Assembly: GCF_000711225.1 (NCBI RefSeq)
Contig: NZ_JOMG01000001.1
Span: 292,855-356,854, forward strand
Origin: Pelobacter seleniigenes DSM 18267
GTDB taxonomy: Bacteria; Desulfobacterota; Desulfuromonadia; Desulfuromonadales; Geopsychrobacteraceae
Direction of reading: 5' to 3'
DNA: 64,000 bases
The translations under genes and the position numbers were made by a program. Of this stretch, positions 29,514 to 39,835 are shown one piece after another (the stretch's first letter is position 1; each line of letters opens with the position of its first letter). The notes under the pieces are model-generated. The model ran no database searches and was not told where the DNA came from. It saw only the letters and a program-made list of their open reading frames with translations.

Positions 29514-30448
29514 GTATCACGGTATTCGGCTCACTCAATATGGACCTGACCGCTTATGTGGCAACACTGCCCCGGCCGGGGGCCACCGCCCATGCTCAAA
29601 ACTACACAATCGGCCTGGGCGGCAAAGGGGCCAACCAGGCGGTCGCCGCGCAGCGTTTGAGTGAACAACCGGTCCGGCTGGTGGCTGCAATCGGCGCCGA
29701 TGCTTTCGGAATCAGGGCGCAAGAGCTGTTAGCCGGGTTCAAGGTGTCCACCGAACAGCTCCGCATTATGCCGGAAGAAGACACCGGGATCGCGCTGATC
29801 CATGTCGACGCAAATGCTCAGAATACCATCACCGTGGTCGGCGGAGCCAATCTGGCCTGGCCCGACGAGGGGCCTGATCCGGCGGTTTTCAGGGCAACCA
29901 GGATAGCTCTGTTTCAATTGGAGACGCCGCTTCCAGCCACTCTTGCGGCCATGCAGCAGGCCCGCAACGCAGGGGCAGGAATTATCCTTGATCCGGCACC
30001 TGCTCCGGATCAAACCGGGGACGCTGAGATTCAATCCTTGTTGGAGCTGGCCGACATCGTGACCCCAAATGAAAGCGAAGCGGAATCACTGACCGGGCTT
30101 ACAGTGGCAGATCGGCGCGGGGCGTTGCAGGCAGCCCACGCCCTGCGTGCCCGTGGCGCTGCTGCGGTTGTTGTCAAGCGCGGTGTCCAAGGGCTGGTCT
30201 ATGTCGACAAGGATTGGCACGAAGGCGAGATATCGGCATTTAAGGTTGCAACGGTCGATTCCGTTGGTGCCGGCGACTGTTTCAACGGCGCCCTGGCCGT
30301 GGCCCTGACCGAAGGTCGCCCGTTCCAGGAGGCTTTGCACTTCGCCGCGGCGGCAGCCGCCCTGTCCACGGAGAAACCGGGCGCAGCGGCAGCCGCCCCG
30401 GAACGCACTCAGGTTGAAAGCCTGTTGAGAAAAAAACTGTCCGTTTAA
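29510..30448 (+). CDS. PfkB-family sugar kinase (ribokinase / 2-dehydro-3-deoxygluconokinase-like)
   Basis: N-terminal GG motif (IGLGGKGANQA), C-terminal DxVGAGD anion hole (VDSVGAGDCFNGAL). Stop/start overlap with the upstream aldolase gene. Confidence 0.8.
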   Translation: MSITVFGSLNMDLTAYVATLPRPGATAHAQNYTIGLGGKGANQAVAAQRLSEQPVRLVAAIGADAFGIRAQELLAGFKVSTEQLRIMPEEDTGIALIHVDANAQNTITVVGGANLAWPDEGPDPAVFRATRIALFQLETPLPATLAAMQQARNAGAGIILDPAPAPDQTGDAEIQSLLELADIVTPNESEAESLTGLTVADRRGALQAAHALRARGAAAVVVKRGVQGLVYVDKDWHEGEISAFKVATVDSVGAGDCFNGALAVALTEGRPFQEALHFAAAAAALSTEKPGAAAAAPERTQVESLLRKKLSV

Positions 30449-30467
30449 TAGTGCAATTTTCCGAGGA

Positions 30468-30974
30468 TCAGGCCGTGACAGTCTCCAGCTCTTCGACCTG
30501 GCTCTCTTCATCATTGATCAGTCGTTCAATATTCAGCAGGATCGTGACATTCTGTGCCATTCTGCCCATTCCCTGAATATAAAGGTTCTTGCGATTTCCG
30601 TTCGTCGGCGGCGGTTCGATGTCGCTTGCCGGAATATCAACCACTTCATTGACCTTGTCGACCACCAGCCCAACCGAGTTCCCGTCAATGTTGACGACAA
30701 TGATACAGGTTCGGTCATCAAAGGCCCTCGGCTCCATCTGAAAACGCAGGCGGACATCGATAATCGGAAAAACTTTGCCACGCAGGTTAAGCACCCCGAT
30801 AACATGTTCCGGCATGTCGGGGATCCAGATGACCGGCTGAACGCCGATAATCTCGATAACATGGCGGATTTCCAGGCCGTAATTCTCCCCGGCCAATTCA
30901 AAGGTCAGATACATCCCGTCCATGCTGTCCTGATCGATAGACAGCACTTCGGCCGCCGCTGGTATTGTCGTCAT
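30468..30974 (-). CDS. cheW: chemotaxis coupling protein CheW
   Basis: 168-aa CheW domain (YLTFELAGENYGLEIRHVIEIIG...GVLNLRGKVFPIIDVRLRF). Confidence 0.8.
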   Translation of the reverse strand: MTTIPAAAEVLSIDQDSMDGMYLTFELAGENYGLEIRHVIEIIGVQPVIWIPDMPEHVIGVLNLRGKVFPIIDVRLRFQMEPRAFDDRTCIIVVNIDGNSVGLVVDKVNEVVDIPASDIEPPPTNGNRKNLYIQGMGRMAQNVTILLNIERLINDEESQVEELETVTA

Positions 30975-31229
30975 TGTCTGTACTCCCCTGGCACTAAAAA
31001 AGCCGTGGTTGAGCAAACTCTCCTGAATCTGTTCAACCACGGCTCTCATTTTCATTTTATTAAGCAAAATTATAATTTGTAAGATATATGAAGTCGCTGC
31101 CGACAACAAGCATAATTTTCGGGAAAATGGCATGGCGACAGCGCGACAGGCTGTTTTGCAACAGCCTGTCAGGCCGGTCCTTCAGTTTATGAACTCATTA
31201 TCTCTCCGCCAGTTGCCAGCAATTCAGTG

Positions 31230-32771
31230 TCAAGCTGGCTTTTCGGTCTGGCTCTCAGGCTCAGTAACCTCGCCAAGATATTTCGGCAGTTCAATGCCGG
31301 CCATCCCGGCGACCTCATGCAGTGGCGGCAGGCTCTTGACCAGCCCGGAAAGAAAGTTGGCTGTGGAAGAGCCATCTTTGCCGCCATCCCAGACCGTGAC
31401 CTTGTCGATCTTTATATTTCGGATCGCTTCGACCTGCATCTCGACAATTTTCTCAATCTTCTCGGTCATCAGCAGGGTTGCGACAGCCTTGGCGTCGCCG
31501 TTGCACCCCTTCACCAGTTCCAGATAACCGGCGGCCTTGCTGTCGAGCACCTTGCGGATACCTTCGGCTTCGGCCTGGTACTTGAGCAGAATAGCGTCGG
31601 CAACCCCCCTGGCCTCGCGGCGAGTCTTCTCGGCCTCGGCTTCGGCCGCAATCTCCACCTTCTGTTTGTCGATGGTCTGCCGCACGATCTCGGCGGCGGT
31701 CAACCGTTCCTGCTCGGCCTTGGCCTGAGCCTTTTGAATCTCCACCTCGGCCTCGCGTTTAGCCACCTCGCCGCGCTGCAACGCCTCGGCCTGCTTGACG
31801 GCAAGTTGAGCGTTATAAGCAGCGATATCCGCCTTGGCCTGGTTTTCACCTTCGATCGCCTGGGCTTCCTGACTCTGCACATAGATCCGCTGGTCAGCCT
31901 CGGCTTTCTTTTTACCTTTTTCCGACTCGGCAACATTCTCAGCAACGCGGATCTCTTTCTCCCGATTGGCCTCGGCCTCGCCGATGGTCGCGTGAGTCTC
32001 CTGCTGCTGCACAAAAACCCGCTGATCCGCCTCGGCTTGTTTCTTCCCTTTTTCGGACTCAGCGACATTCTCCGCCACCCGGATGGTTTTCTCGCGGGTC
32101 GCTTCGGCCTCGCCGATAGCACCTTTTTTATCCTGCTCGGCGACATCGACTTTGGCCTGATTGATCGCCTCAGAGGCCGCTTTTTTACCGATCGAATCAA
32201 TATAGCCCGACTCGTCGGTGATATCGGTAATATTGACGTTGATCAGGTAGAGGCCGATTTTGTTCAGTTCGGGCGCGACATTCTTGCGAATCGACTCGAG
32301 AAAGCTCTCCCGGTCCTGATTGATCTGCTCGATGGTCAATGATGCAACGGTCAGCCGCAGTTGGCCGAAGATGATCTCCCGCGCCATCTCCTCGATCTCC
32401 CCCTGGGAGAGATTGAGCAGCCGTTCTGCAGCAGCGTTCATGATCTCCGGTTGGGTGCTGATGCCGACGGTAAAAGTCGAAGGGACATTGATGCGGATGT
32501 TCTGCAGGGACAGCGCCTTCTGCAGAGGAATGGGAATCGTCATCGGCGTTAATGACATGTAGGAATAATCCTGAATCAACGGCCAGATCAGCGCGCCGCC
32601 ACCGTGGACGCAACGGGCCGACTGGCCGACTCCAACCTTTCCGTAAATCACCAGAATCTTATCGGACGGACAACGTTTATAGCGTGAGGCCAGAAACATC
32701 AGGGTCGATACGACCAGAATTAAGAACGCGATGACCGGGAGAACCCAGTAATCAAAGACAAAAAACGACAT
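31230..32771 (-). CDS. flotillin / SPFH-domain (band 7) protein, YqiK-like
   Basis: N-terminal TM, SPFH domain, long C-terminal Glu/Ala-rich coiled coil (AEAEAE, repeated EIRVAENVAESEKGKK heptads). Confidence 0.85.
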   Translation of the reverse strand: MSFFVFDYWVLPVIAFLILVVSTLMFLASRYKRCPSDKILVIYGKVGVGQSARCVHGGGALIWPLIQDYSYMSLTPMTIPIPLQKALSLQNIRINVPSTFTVGISTQPEIMNAAAERLLNLSQGEIEEMAREIIFGQLRLTVASLTIEQINQDRESFLESIRKNVAPELNKIGLYLINVNITDITDESGYIDSIGKKAASEAINQAKVDVAEQDKKGAIGEAEATREKTIRVAENVAESEKGKKQAEADQRVFVQQQETHATIGEAEANREKEIRVAENVAESEKGKKKAEADQRIYVQSQEAQAIEGENQAKADIAAYNAQLAVKQAEALQRGEVAKREAEVEIQKAQAKAEQERLTAAEIVRQTIDKQKVEIAAEAEAEKTRREARGVADAILLKYQAEAEGIRKVLDSKAAGYLELVKGCNGDAKAVATLLMTEKIEKIVEMQVEAIRNIKIDKVTVWDGGKDGSSTANFLSGLVKSLPPLHEVAGMAGIELPKYLGEVTEPESQTEKPA

Positions 32772-32801
32772 AATCCCTCCTTGAAGTGTTAACTGTTTTG
32801 T

Positions 32802-33368
32802 TTAAAGTGGCTCAACAACCAGAACATTGCCATTGACCCGCACCACCTTGATCGCTATGCCAGTCGGGATTGCCTGGCCATCAGCCGAAACGGCATCAAA
32901 TTCGCGCAGGCGGTTTTGAAAACTGACACTGACCCGCCCAGAGCCCTGCGCCGGAATGGTCAAATAGACAGATCCGGTACTGCCAAGCGCCATGACCGTC
33001 GGCAGAGTGCCGCTCGATTGCAGTCGAGCGGCCGCCCGGAAGAGCTTACCGATCACCCAGACGGCGGCCAGCCCGGCAACCGAACCACCAACCACAGAAA
33101 AGGCAAACCCCACCTGGCTCTGCCGGTAAAGGGCCAATCCGACCAAGCCGAACATCATCAGAAATGAGGACAGGCTGTGCAGAGAAAGAACTTTGAAACC
33201 AACATCCGAATCAACGTGACCGCCACCTTGATCGATCTCGATATCGGTATCGAAATCCGTCTCGACATCACCACCGAAAAATTGCAGGACCAACTTGACC
33301 CCGACAAAGAATCCACCGATCACCGCACAGATCAAAAAAAACAACTCGATGCCGTTAAAATGACTCAT
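32802..33368 (-). CDS. NfeD-family membrane protein (YqiJ-like), upstream partner of flotillin
   Basis: N-terminal TM segments plus C-terminal OB-fold-like soluble domain. Conserved nfeD-flotillin gene order. Confidence 0.65.
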   Translation of the reverse strand: MSHFNGIELFFLICAVIGGFFVGVKLVLQFFGGDVETDFDTDIEIDQGGGHVDSDVGFKVLSLHSLSSFLMMFGLVGLALYRQSQVGFAFSVVGGSVAGLAAVWVIGKLFRAAARLQSSGTLPTVMALGSTGSVYLTIPAQGSGRVSVSFQNRLREFDAVSADGQAIPTGIAIKVVRVNGNVLVVEPL

Positions 33369-33603
33369 CTCAGCCTCCTCATGGTCGGCGCAAGCAGCCC
33401 CTTGCCAGGCAAAAACACACAGGCAGCAAAAACGCCCGCCCCGGAAAGATCCGCGACGGGCGAAAATTTAATACACTGCTGACTTCAATCATTGCATTCC
33501 TCATCCCGAAACAAATCGAAACGACCTTGTATTACCAAGTTTTGCCATTCTCACAATGCTGCAAATTCCTCTCGAAAAGAAAGGGTCCTTGCACTAACAC
33601 TTA

Positions 33604-34038
33604 TCAGTAACTCACATTGACATGGTAGCCATTGGCAACATAGACATATTCAGGACGATATTTGAAAGAACCTTTAAATGGAATTATATCGTCAGCAACA
33701 TTGCCGTCAGTATTTACAAAAATATTTTCTTTAGTGAGGACGACTTTCTCATTGTCGAGAAATAAAAAATATAAATTAATACTGTCAACATCCCACGTAG
33801 CAGTAAATTCGGTGCTACTTAGTTGTACGGTACCCACAACCGTCATAATTTTTTGTTTATCATCAATTGAAATATTGTAGTCAAGTAATACCTCTCCGAC
33901 GCGCCCTTCAATATGTCCTTGATCAATTTTCGGAAGGTTACTATCTGGATACTTGTTACCAACATAAGGAGATGTACAGGCAGTCACAGATAACAAAACG
34001 CAAAGACTCAGGGCAGATAAGATTATCTTTTTATACAT
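33604..34038 (-). CDS. lipoprotein of unknown function (AT-rich islet)
   Basis: Lipobox LLSVTAC, 144 aa, ~33% GC coding region embedded in a ~60% GC genome. Confidence 0.4.
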   Translation of the reverse strand: MYKKIILSALSLCVLLSVTACTSPYVGNKYPDSNLPKIDQGHIEGRVGEVLLDYNISIDDKQKIMTVVGTVQLSSTEFTATWDVDSINLYFLFLDNEKVVLTKENIFVNTDGNVADDIIPFKGSFKYRPEYVYVANGYHVNVSY

Positions 34039-34109
34039 CGCTCCATCCAATTCTTTTATTAAATGATTAGTCTCAAAAATAGAATTACGAATAGTGATAT
34101 TCCAGATGT

Positions 34110-34709
34110 TCAATTAGCGGCATATTTCCCATCAGCTTGAATATATGGGTCGACTTTTTCAGTAGGGAAGATTTGACCGCATAAACCTATGGTATAATTG
34201 ACAAATTGTTTAACAGTTTCCCTATTTTTCTCTTTCCACAGTTCCTTTGAAGGAACAATACCAACGTTATGATAAATATTCACCCTGATTAATTGCTTAT
34301 TGTTTATATATTTTCTAGCTTCAACTTCAACAAAGCTGTAAACTTTATCCTTTATAAGATTTGTTGAACAGTAGCCTTTCTTAAATTTTTCAATAAAGAA
34401 AGGCTGTTTTTTCAAGGCATCGTCAGTTCCCAAAAAAACATAACCTCCTGAAAAAATTTCTTCTTTTCTTATATAAACCTCTATGGAGGCCTCATCTGTT
34501 TTCATCTTATAAAAAGACGCCTTAACATTATCTCCAAACTGAACTTGAGAATCGTCCAAATAAATATTAAATGGAAATATGAGATGAATTTGGGGGTAAT
34601 TATTATCGGTGAAGCTGTTATTTTCGACTATTGGGGGGCTATTTTTTAAACTAATACAGGCGGGAAGAGTTGAGACCAAGAGCATCAAACTGAGTGCCAG
34701 CAACTTCAT
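34110..34709 (-). CDS. lipoprotein of unknown function (AT-rich islet)
   Basis: Lipobox VSTLPAC, 199 aa, AT-rich. Directly upstream of the other lipoprotein gene on the same strand. Confidence 0.4.
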   Translation of the reverse strand: MKLLALSLMLLVSTLPACISLKNSPPIVENNSFTDNNYPQIHLIFPFNIYLDDSQVQFGDNVKASFYKMKTDEASIEVYIRKEEIFSGGYVFLGTDDALKKQPFFIEKFKKGYCSTNLIKDKVYSFVEVEARKYINNKQLIRVNIYHNVGIVPSKELWKEKNRETVKQFVNYTIGLCGQIFPTEKVDPYIQADGKYAAN

Positions 34710-34958
34710 TAAGACCCCCCCTTGCTAAATTTTGGAGCTACCTTAGTGGCGGTTAGCTACGAGCTGATTTTTTCAGACAGAGCCCATCTGCATACAAGAC
34801 GAACTATCGCAACGTCCCGGTTACCCTGCTAAAAAATAACATATATCTAACTTATCCTTTGATTTTTAATACTTCAAGAATAAAATGAAATTCTCTCTGA
34901 AGTTTGCTCTTCCCCAATAGTCAACAGTTGTTTTCGTACAGCTGGCCACAAAAACCGC

Positions 34959-35600
34959 TTACTCCAAAGGTTTATGACAGAACCACCAGTCGTAACAATC
35001 CGCAGATTGTTTCGCCTCGGCTGCGCCGCTGACATCCAGAGGTGGCGGAATTATGATGCGATCGCCGATCAGGCTGTTGTTGGGCCAGTCGGCCGGCACA
35101 GCCCCCTGCTGGTCAGAGATGCGCAATGCTTTGACCGCCCGTAGAATTTCATCAATATTGCGACCGATTTCCATGGGATAGTAGAGCAACAAACGTACAT
35201 ATCCCTGTGGGTCAACGATAAAGACCGCCCTGACGGTCTGGGTTCCCATGCCCGGATGGAGCATTCCCAGTTGCAGGGCCAGGGAATCATTGGCGGCGAT
35301 AACGGGAAACTGGATCTCCACGTCCAGGTGCTCCTGAATCCATTCGATCCATTTGATATGACAGAAGATCTGATCGACGGATAGTCCAATCAGGGCACAG
35401 TCCAATTTCCGAAAGGCCTCATAGCGTTCCTGAAAAGCGACAAACTCAGAGGTACAGACCGGCGTGAAATCTGCTGGATGGCTGAACAGCACAAACCACT
35501 GCCCGGCAAAATCATCCGGCAGCGTCATAGGTCCCTGAGTTGTCTGGACCGTCAAAGAGGGGAACTGATCACCGAGCAGGGGGAGCTTGGGTACGTCCAT
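34959..35600 (-). CDS. peroxiredoxin (1-Cys / Prx6-like)
   Basis: [17 protein letters not shown] peroxidatic-Cys motif. Confidence 0.85.
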   Translation of the reverse strand: MDVPKLPLLGDQFPSLTVQTTQGPMTLPDDFAGQWFVLFSHPADFTPVCTSEFVAFQERYEAFRKLDCALIGLSVDQIFCHIKWIEWIQEHLDVEIQFPVIAANDSLALQLGMLHPGMGTQTVRAVFIVDPQGYVRLLLYYPMEIGRNIDEILRAVKALRISDQQGAVPADWPNNSLIGDRIIIPPPLDVSGAAEAKQSADCYDWWFCHKPLE

Positions 35601-36076
35601 AAAGAAAAACTCCTTTCCGGCCCAAGCGGGCCAGGTTTAGCCAGTTGCGTCACATAAAACGAGGACAGTCTAGAAAATCGGCAATAGGCCCGAGGGGGAC
35701 TTGTCTGATCCAACCACAGAAAGAAGCAATATATGTTCCCAGGAAAGCTTGGATACATCATGAAAACAACCATCCCATAACTTCCTGTAAAAACAAGTTT
35801 TTTATGGACCTAAGAGACAGGAAAACAGCAGGAGCGGTACAATGTAGGGTCTCAATTTAATAACAGTCGTATTTTTTTGAGATTTACGACAGGCAGGCTG
35901 CCACTTCTGGGATTGTCATGCAGAAAGTAGCAATTATTGCAATTCCGGGCCTATCGCTGATGTTGTCGGCTCCATGGGCCACACATGGTAAGGCCTTATT
36001 GTACGGCGGCGCAGGCCAGGGAAAAGTGATATTCGACGGTCAGCTGCACGCCGCGAAAGGAATGGTTTGTAAACCT

Positions 36077-36463
36077 TTATTCCCCCTCATAGTTTGCGAT
36101 CTCAACAAGGTTCCCGTCTGGATCGCGGCAGTAAACCGACAGGATCGGCCCCACGGCTCCGGTTCTGCGCACTGGGCCCTCCAGAACATCGATGTTTTGT
36201 GCGTACAACTGCTCCAAGACCTCAGGGATCGGTGTGGTGGTGATAAAACAGAGATCTTCCGAACCGGGGGTCGGAACTTGTGCTTTCGGCTCAAACTCCT
36301 GGTGATACTGATGCAGGTTGATCTTCTGCCTTCCAAAGGCCAGAGCCTTGCGCCCGGCCCCGAAGATGACAACCTCCATCCCGAGCACCCGTTCATAAAA
36401 AGCACAGCTGGCGTCAATATCCCTGACCGTCAAGACAAGATGATCGATGGACTCGATTTTCAC
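36077..36463 (-). CDS. VOC-family (glyoxalase/bleomycin-resistance/dioxygenase fold) protein
   Basis: IDHLVLTVRDIDASCAFYERVLGM...DPDGNLVEI signature. Confidence 0.75.
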   Translation of the reverse strand: MKIESIDHLVLTVRDIDASCAFYERVLGMEVVIFGAGRKALAFGRQKINLHQYHQEFEPKAQVPTPGSEDLCFITTTPIPEVLEQLYAQNIDVLEGPVRRTGAVGPILSVYCRDPDGNLVEIANYEGE

Positions 36464-36478
36464 GCAAGACCTCCTCTG

Positions 36479-36623
36479 GCAGGTTGTTGAAAAAGCCCAC
36501 CCGGGGACTTTTCAAGCAGAGTGGGGAAAAGACGCTGCCCCACCTGATCAAGTGAGTAGAGAGTCACAATTGATTTTGATCGCCCTTCTATGGGCTTGGC
36601 AGGCTGTATTTCAACAGCCTGCC
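36479..36623 (+). repeat. MITE-like element family A, copy 1
   Basis: ~145 bp bounded by imperfect TIRs (GGCAGGTTGTTGAAAAAG ... CTGTATTTCAACAGCCTGCC). Internal ATTGATTTTGATCGCCC box shared with copies at 45157, 53663 and 24326 (reversed). Sits in the promoter region of the VOC gene. Confidence 0.55.
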
Positions 36624-36658
36624 AACTTTGAAGGCAGATTCTTGAGCTCAGCAGACAA

Positions 36659-37990
36659 TTACTGCCGGGACAAAACCAACTCTTTGCCGTTAAGAAGCAG
36701 TTTGCGGTCCTTGATTTCCGCCTTATGCACCAATTTGTCGCCGCTCTGTTCAAAAAAGCCACCTTGCATACCGGGAATCACCGGCACCAGAAGTGGGTTC
36801 TGGTTCGCAATCAACCCGTCAGGAAGAGACAGGTTCGAAGCAAAGGCAAACTGGTCGACGATCATCTGCGGCTGCTGGCCCAGGGCGATAAAATCGACCA
36901 TGGACAGATCTTTTTTCAGCCCGAGGGCAAAATTACCGTCGATCTCTCCTTGCGGCAAAGTCACATGCAGCTTGTCGATTGTAATCTGCAGATCCTTTTT
37001 CAGCAGTTTTTCAAATTCGCCGGCCAAGCGCATCCCGGCAAAGGCCATCTGCTGCTGCATCATGGCTTTTGCCTGTTCCGGATTGCCCTGAACGGTGGCG
37101 AGGTTTGCCATGGCGTCGCTGAGGACCTCCACATAAACCCTGTAGAAATTTTCGAAGGCAGCGGCATCAAGATGGTTAACGCCCATGTCGAGACGCAGAT
37201 CGGCGATTTTATCTTCACCGGTCGTGATCTGAGCAACGCTCACTTCACTTTTAACAGACATGTTCCTGGTTGTCTCATCAAAACCGATGGCTGAGCGTCC
37301 TTTCAGGTCGGAAACGATCACGGGTTCGGGCCCATTGACCGCAATCTGTTCAATGCCATATGACGAGGTCCCGGCCATGAAAAGACTGGAGGTTTGCTGC
37401 ATATTGGAATGCAACGATATATTTTTCACCTCAACGACATCGGCTACAATAAACCCCTCAAAGATGCCATCCGTTTCGATATTATCTATATTACGATCGC
37501 ACTTGACGACCAACTTAGCGGGCTTGATGGAAAGATGGGTATCCTGACTGTCAACCAGCTCAAAAGGCTCGACTGACATGGTCACAGTCCCCCCGCTGAG
37601 CAACTGATATTCGGTACTGATGGTCAGGGGGTCTTTGCCATCCAGCTCTTTGCTGACAAAATCGTGATACCAGCCGTTCCGGTCCAGACTGGTCGTAGAA
37701 GATGCTCCCAGATAGCCATGCTTGACCTTCTCGACAAAAACCAGCGGAGAGATGCCCTCAACGCCCTGAAGATCCGGCAAGACCATGGTCCATTCGATTT
37801 CCGATGAGGAGAAACCGCGATCGTAACGGGTAATGACAATTTTAGGGGCAAAGGGATGATCAGCGTAGCGCGCATTGAGATGATCCAGCTGGTTGTAGAG
37901 CGTATTTTCTACAATCAGGCCGCTGATAAAAGGAGCGCTCACCAAGCCGATGACGATAATAATCAGGACGCCGAGAAGTACTTTTTTCAT
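36659..37990 (-). CDS. YdgA-like (DUF945) N-terminally anchored periplasmic protein
   Basis: N-terminal TM (MKKVLLGVLIIIVIGLVSAPF), 443 aa, C-terminus resembles the YdgA/DUF945 family. Confidence 0.45.
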   Translation of the reverse strand: MKKVLLGVLIIIVIGLVSAPFISGLIVENTLYNQLDHLNARYADHPFAPKIVITRYDRGFSSSEIEWTMVLPDLQGVEGISPLVFVEKVKHGYLGASSTTSLDRNGWYHDFVSKELDGKDPLTISTEYQLLSGGTVTMSVEPFELVDSQDTHLSIKPAKLVVKCDRNIDNIETDGIFEGFIVADVVEVKNISLHSNMQQTSSLFMAGTSSYGIEQIAVNGPEPVIVSDLKGRSAIGFDETTRNMSVKSEVSVAQITTGEDKIADLRLDMGVNHLDAAAFENFYRVYVEVLSDAMANLATVQGNPEQAKAMMQQQMAFAGMRLAGEFEKLLKKDLQITIDKLHVTLPQGEIDGNFALGLKKDLSMVDFIALGQQPQMIVDQFAFASNLSLPDGLIANQNPLLVPVIPGMQGGFFEQSGDKLVHKAEIKDRKLLLNGKELVLSRQ

Positions 37991-38107
37991 TTTTAGTCCG
38001 TTCGAAGCTTCAAGGTTGACGATATAAATATAAGAACGCTGTAATTCAGCTTAATTTGAGGGGGGACTGTGGTCCAGCCATGAAACTGTAACGGTTGGCA
38101 CCGTAAA

Positions 38108-38145
38108 GGCCCGGGACTGTCCCGGTTCTGCTGCCATTTCTGCTT
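38108..38145 (+). repeat. remnant of MITE-like element family B
   Basis: GGGACTGTCCCGGTTCTGCTGCCATTTC matches the right arm of family B (GGGACAGTCCCGGTTTTGCTGCCATCTC). Confidence 0.3.
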
Positions 38146-38329
38146 CGTGGCCAACAAAAAAACCGCACCCTGCAGACTCCCCCAAATCTCACAAACTACG
38201 GTTATTTATTTTTTTAAATCAAAAACAATAGGTTACATTCCTACACCTAAATGTGTCCCTTGACAAGGTTTTTATTTGGCCTCATTTCATCAGGAAAAGA
38301 ATCTGCACTGGCAAACTGTATTCAGTCGA

Positions 38330-39835
38330 CTACAACGTCACTCCGGTTTTAAAGATGGCAATGTCACGGCTATTGCGGAATTCCGCCGAGGTTGGCTTAC
38401 CATTAATGATGGCAACGATCTCGGTCAAAAAATCACTCAACACCTGGTCCGGATCAGCGGTCGGGTCAGCCAGGGCGCCGGCATTGAAGTCGATCCAGTT
38501 CTTTTTCTTCTCAGCCAGGGGGGTATTGGTCGCAATCTTGACGGTGGGGATAAATCCGCCCAAAGGCGTCCCCCGGCCAGTGGAAAACAGGACCAGCTGA
38601 CACCCGGCCGCTCCGAGAGCGGTCGTCGCGACGATATCGTTGCCCGGCGAATAGAGCAGATTCAGCCCCGGCTCGACCACCCGCTCATCCATTTTGATGA
38701 CATCGACCACCGGTGATTTCCCGGCTTTGCGGGTGCAACCCAGGGACTTGTCTTCCAGGGTGGTAATACCGCCGGCCTTGTTCCCCGGTGAAGGGTTTTC
38801 GTAAATCGGCTGGTCGTGCGCCAGATAGTACTCTTTGAAATCGTTGATCATGGCTACGGTTTTTGCAAACACCTCGGCGTTCCGGCACTGTTCCATCAGG
38901 ATGTGCTCGGCGCCGAACATTTCCGGCACCTCGGTCAGCACGGTGCTGCCGCCACGGCTCACCACATAATCCGATACCCGGCCGATCAGGGGATTGGCGG
39001 TCAAACCGGAAAAGGCATCGGAGCCGCCGCATTCAAGGCCGATGACAATATCCTCCCAGCTGCCGGCTTCGCGCCGGTCCTGAGTGGCCAGCGCATAAAG
39101 CTCTTCAAGCAGGGCCACCCCGGCGTCCACCTCATCGCTAACGTCCTGCGCAATCAGATAGCGAAAGCGGCTTTCATCCGCTCCTGCAGGCAGGGTTTTG
39201 CGAAAGGTTTCAATCTGGTTGTTCTCACACCCCAAACCCAGGATCAATACGCCGCCGCAGTTGGGATGCAAGGCGATATTCTGCAGCATGACCTTGGTCC
39301 GTTCATGGTCGCCACCTAGCTGGGAACAGCCGTAAGGGTGCGGAAAGTGGTAAATCCCGTCAACTCCGCTACGGTCGGCTTCGGCTTTGAACGCCTTGAT
39401 GATGTTATCGGCAATGCCGTTGACGCACCCGACCGTCGGGATCACCCACAATTCATTACGGATCCCTACCCGGCCATTGCTGCGTCGGTAAACCTGCAGC
39501 GGTTGCGCCTGTTGCCACTCGAACTGCTCGGCAACGGCAGCGACTGGCCGATAATGATAGCTCTGCTTATCGGACAGCCCGGTTTTGACATTGTGGGTAT
39601 GAACATGCCCGCCTTTGCTTATTGCCTGGCTGGCAAAACCGATGGAAGCGCCATACTTGGTGACCTGAGCACCGACCGGGATCTCCTGCAGGGCCAGCTT
39701 ATGCCCCACAGGAATATCATCGTTCACGGCAAAGGGTTCCATCCCGGGCACCTCGACCAGGGTCCCGGCAGGCAACTCAGCGTAGGTCACAGCCACATTG
39801 TCGGCGCTGTCAATTCTGGTGATCTTAACCATCAC
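38330..39835 (-). CDS. uxaA: altronate dehydratase (UxaA/GarD family hydrolyase)
   Basis: N-terminal SAF domain (ITRIDSADNVAV), then UxaA-family body. 501 aa. Confidence 0.85.
   Translation of the reverse strand: MMVKITRIDSADNVAVTYAELPAGTLVEVPGMEPFAVNDDIPVGHKLALQEIPVGAQVTKYGASIGFASQAISKGGHVHTHNVKTGLSDKQSYHYRPVAAVAEQFEWQQAQPLQVYRRSNGRVGIRNELWVIPTVGCVNGIADNIIKAFKAEADRSGVDGIYHFPHPYGCSQLGGDHERTKVMLQNIALHPNCGGVLILGLGCENNQIETFRKTLPAGADESRFRYLIAQDVSDEVDAGVALLEELYALATQDRREAGSWEDIVIGLECGGSDAFSGLTANPLIGRVSDYVVSRGGSTVLTEVPEMFGAEHILMEQCRNAEVFAKTVAMINDFKEYYLAHDQPIYENPSPGNKAGGITTLEDKSLGCTRKAGKSPVVDVIKMDERVVEPGLNLLYSPGNDIVATTALGAAGCQLVLFSTGRGTPLGGFIPTVKIATNTPLAEKKKNWIDFNAGALADPTADPDQVLSDFLTEIVAIINGKPTSAEFRNSRDIAIFKTGVTL

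Noticed and set aside
31700-32200. Apparent tandem nucleotide repeats (GCCGAGGC / GAA-GCC periodicity)
   Set aside because: Reflects the Glu/Ala-rich heptad repeats of the flotillin C-terminal coiled coil. Not a CRISPR or satellite array.
31227-32342. 371-aa ORF on + strand
   Set aside because: Antisense to the flotillin gene. Its Leu/Gly repetitiveness mirrors the EA-rich coiled coil on the coding strand.
36447-37091. 214-aa + strand ORF spanning MITE-A copy 1
   Set aside because: Runs through the MITE and antisense into the YdgA-like gene. No coding signal.
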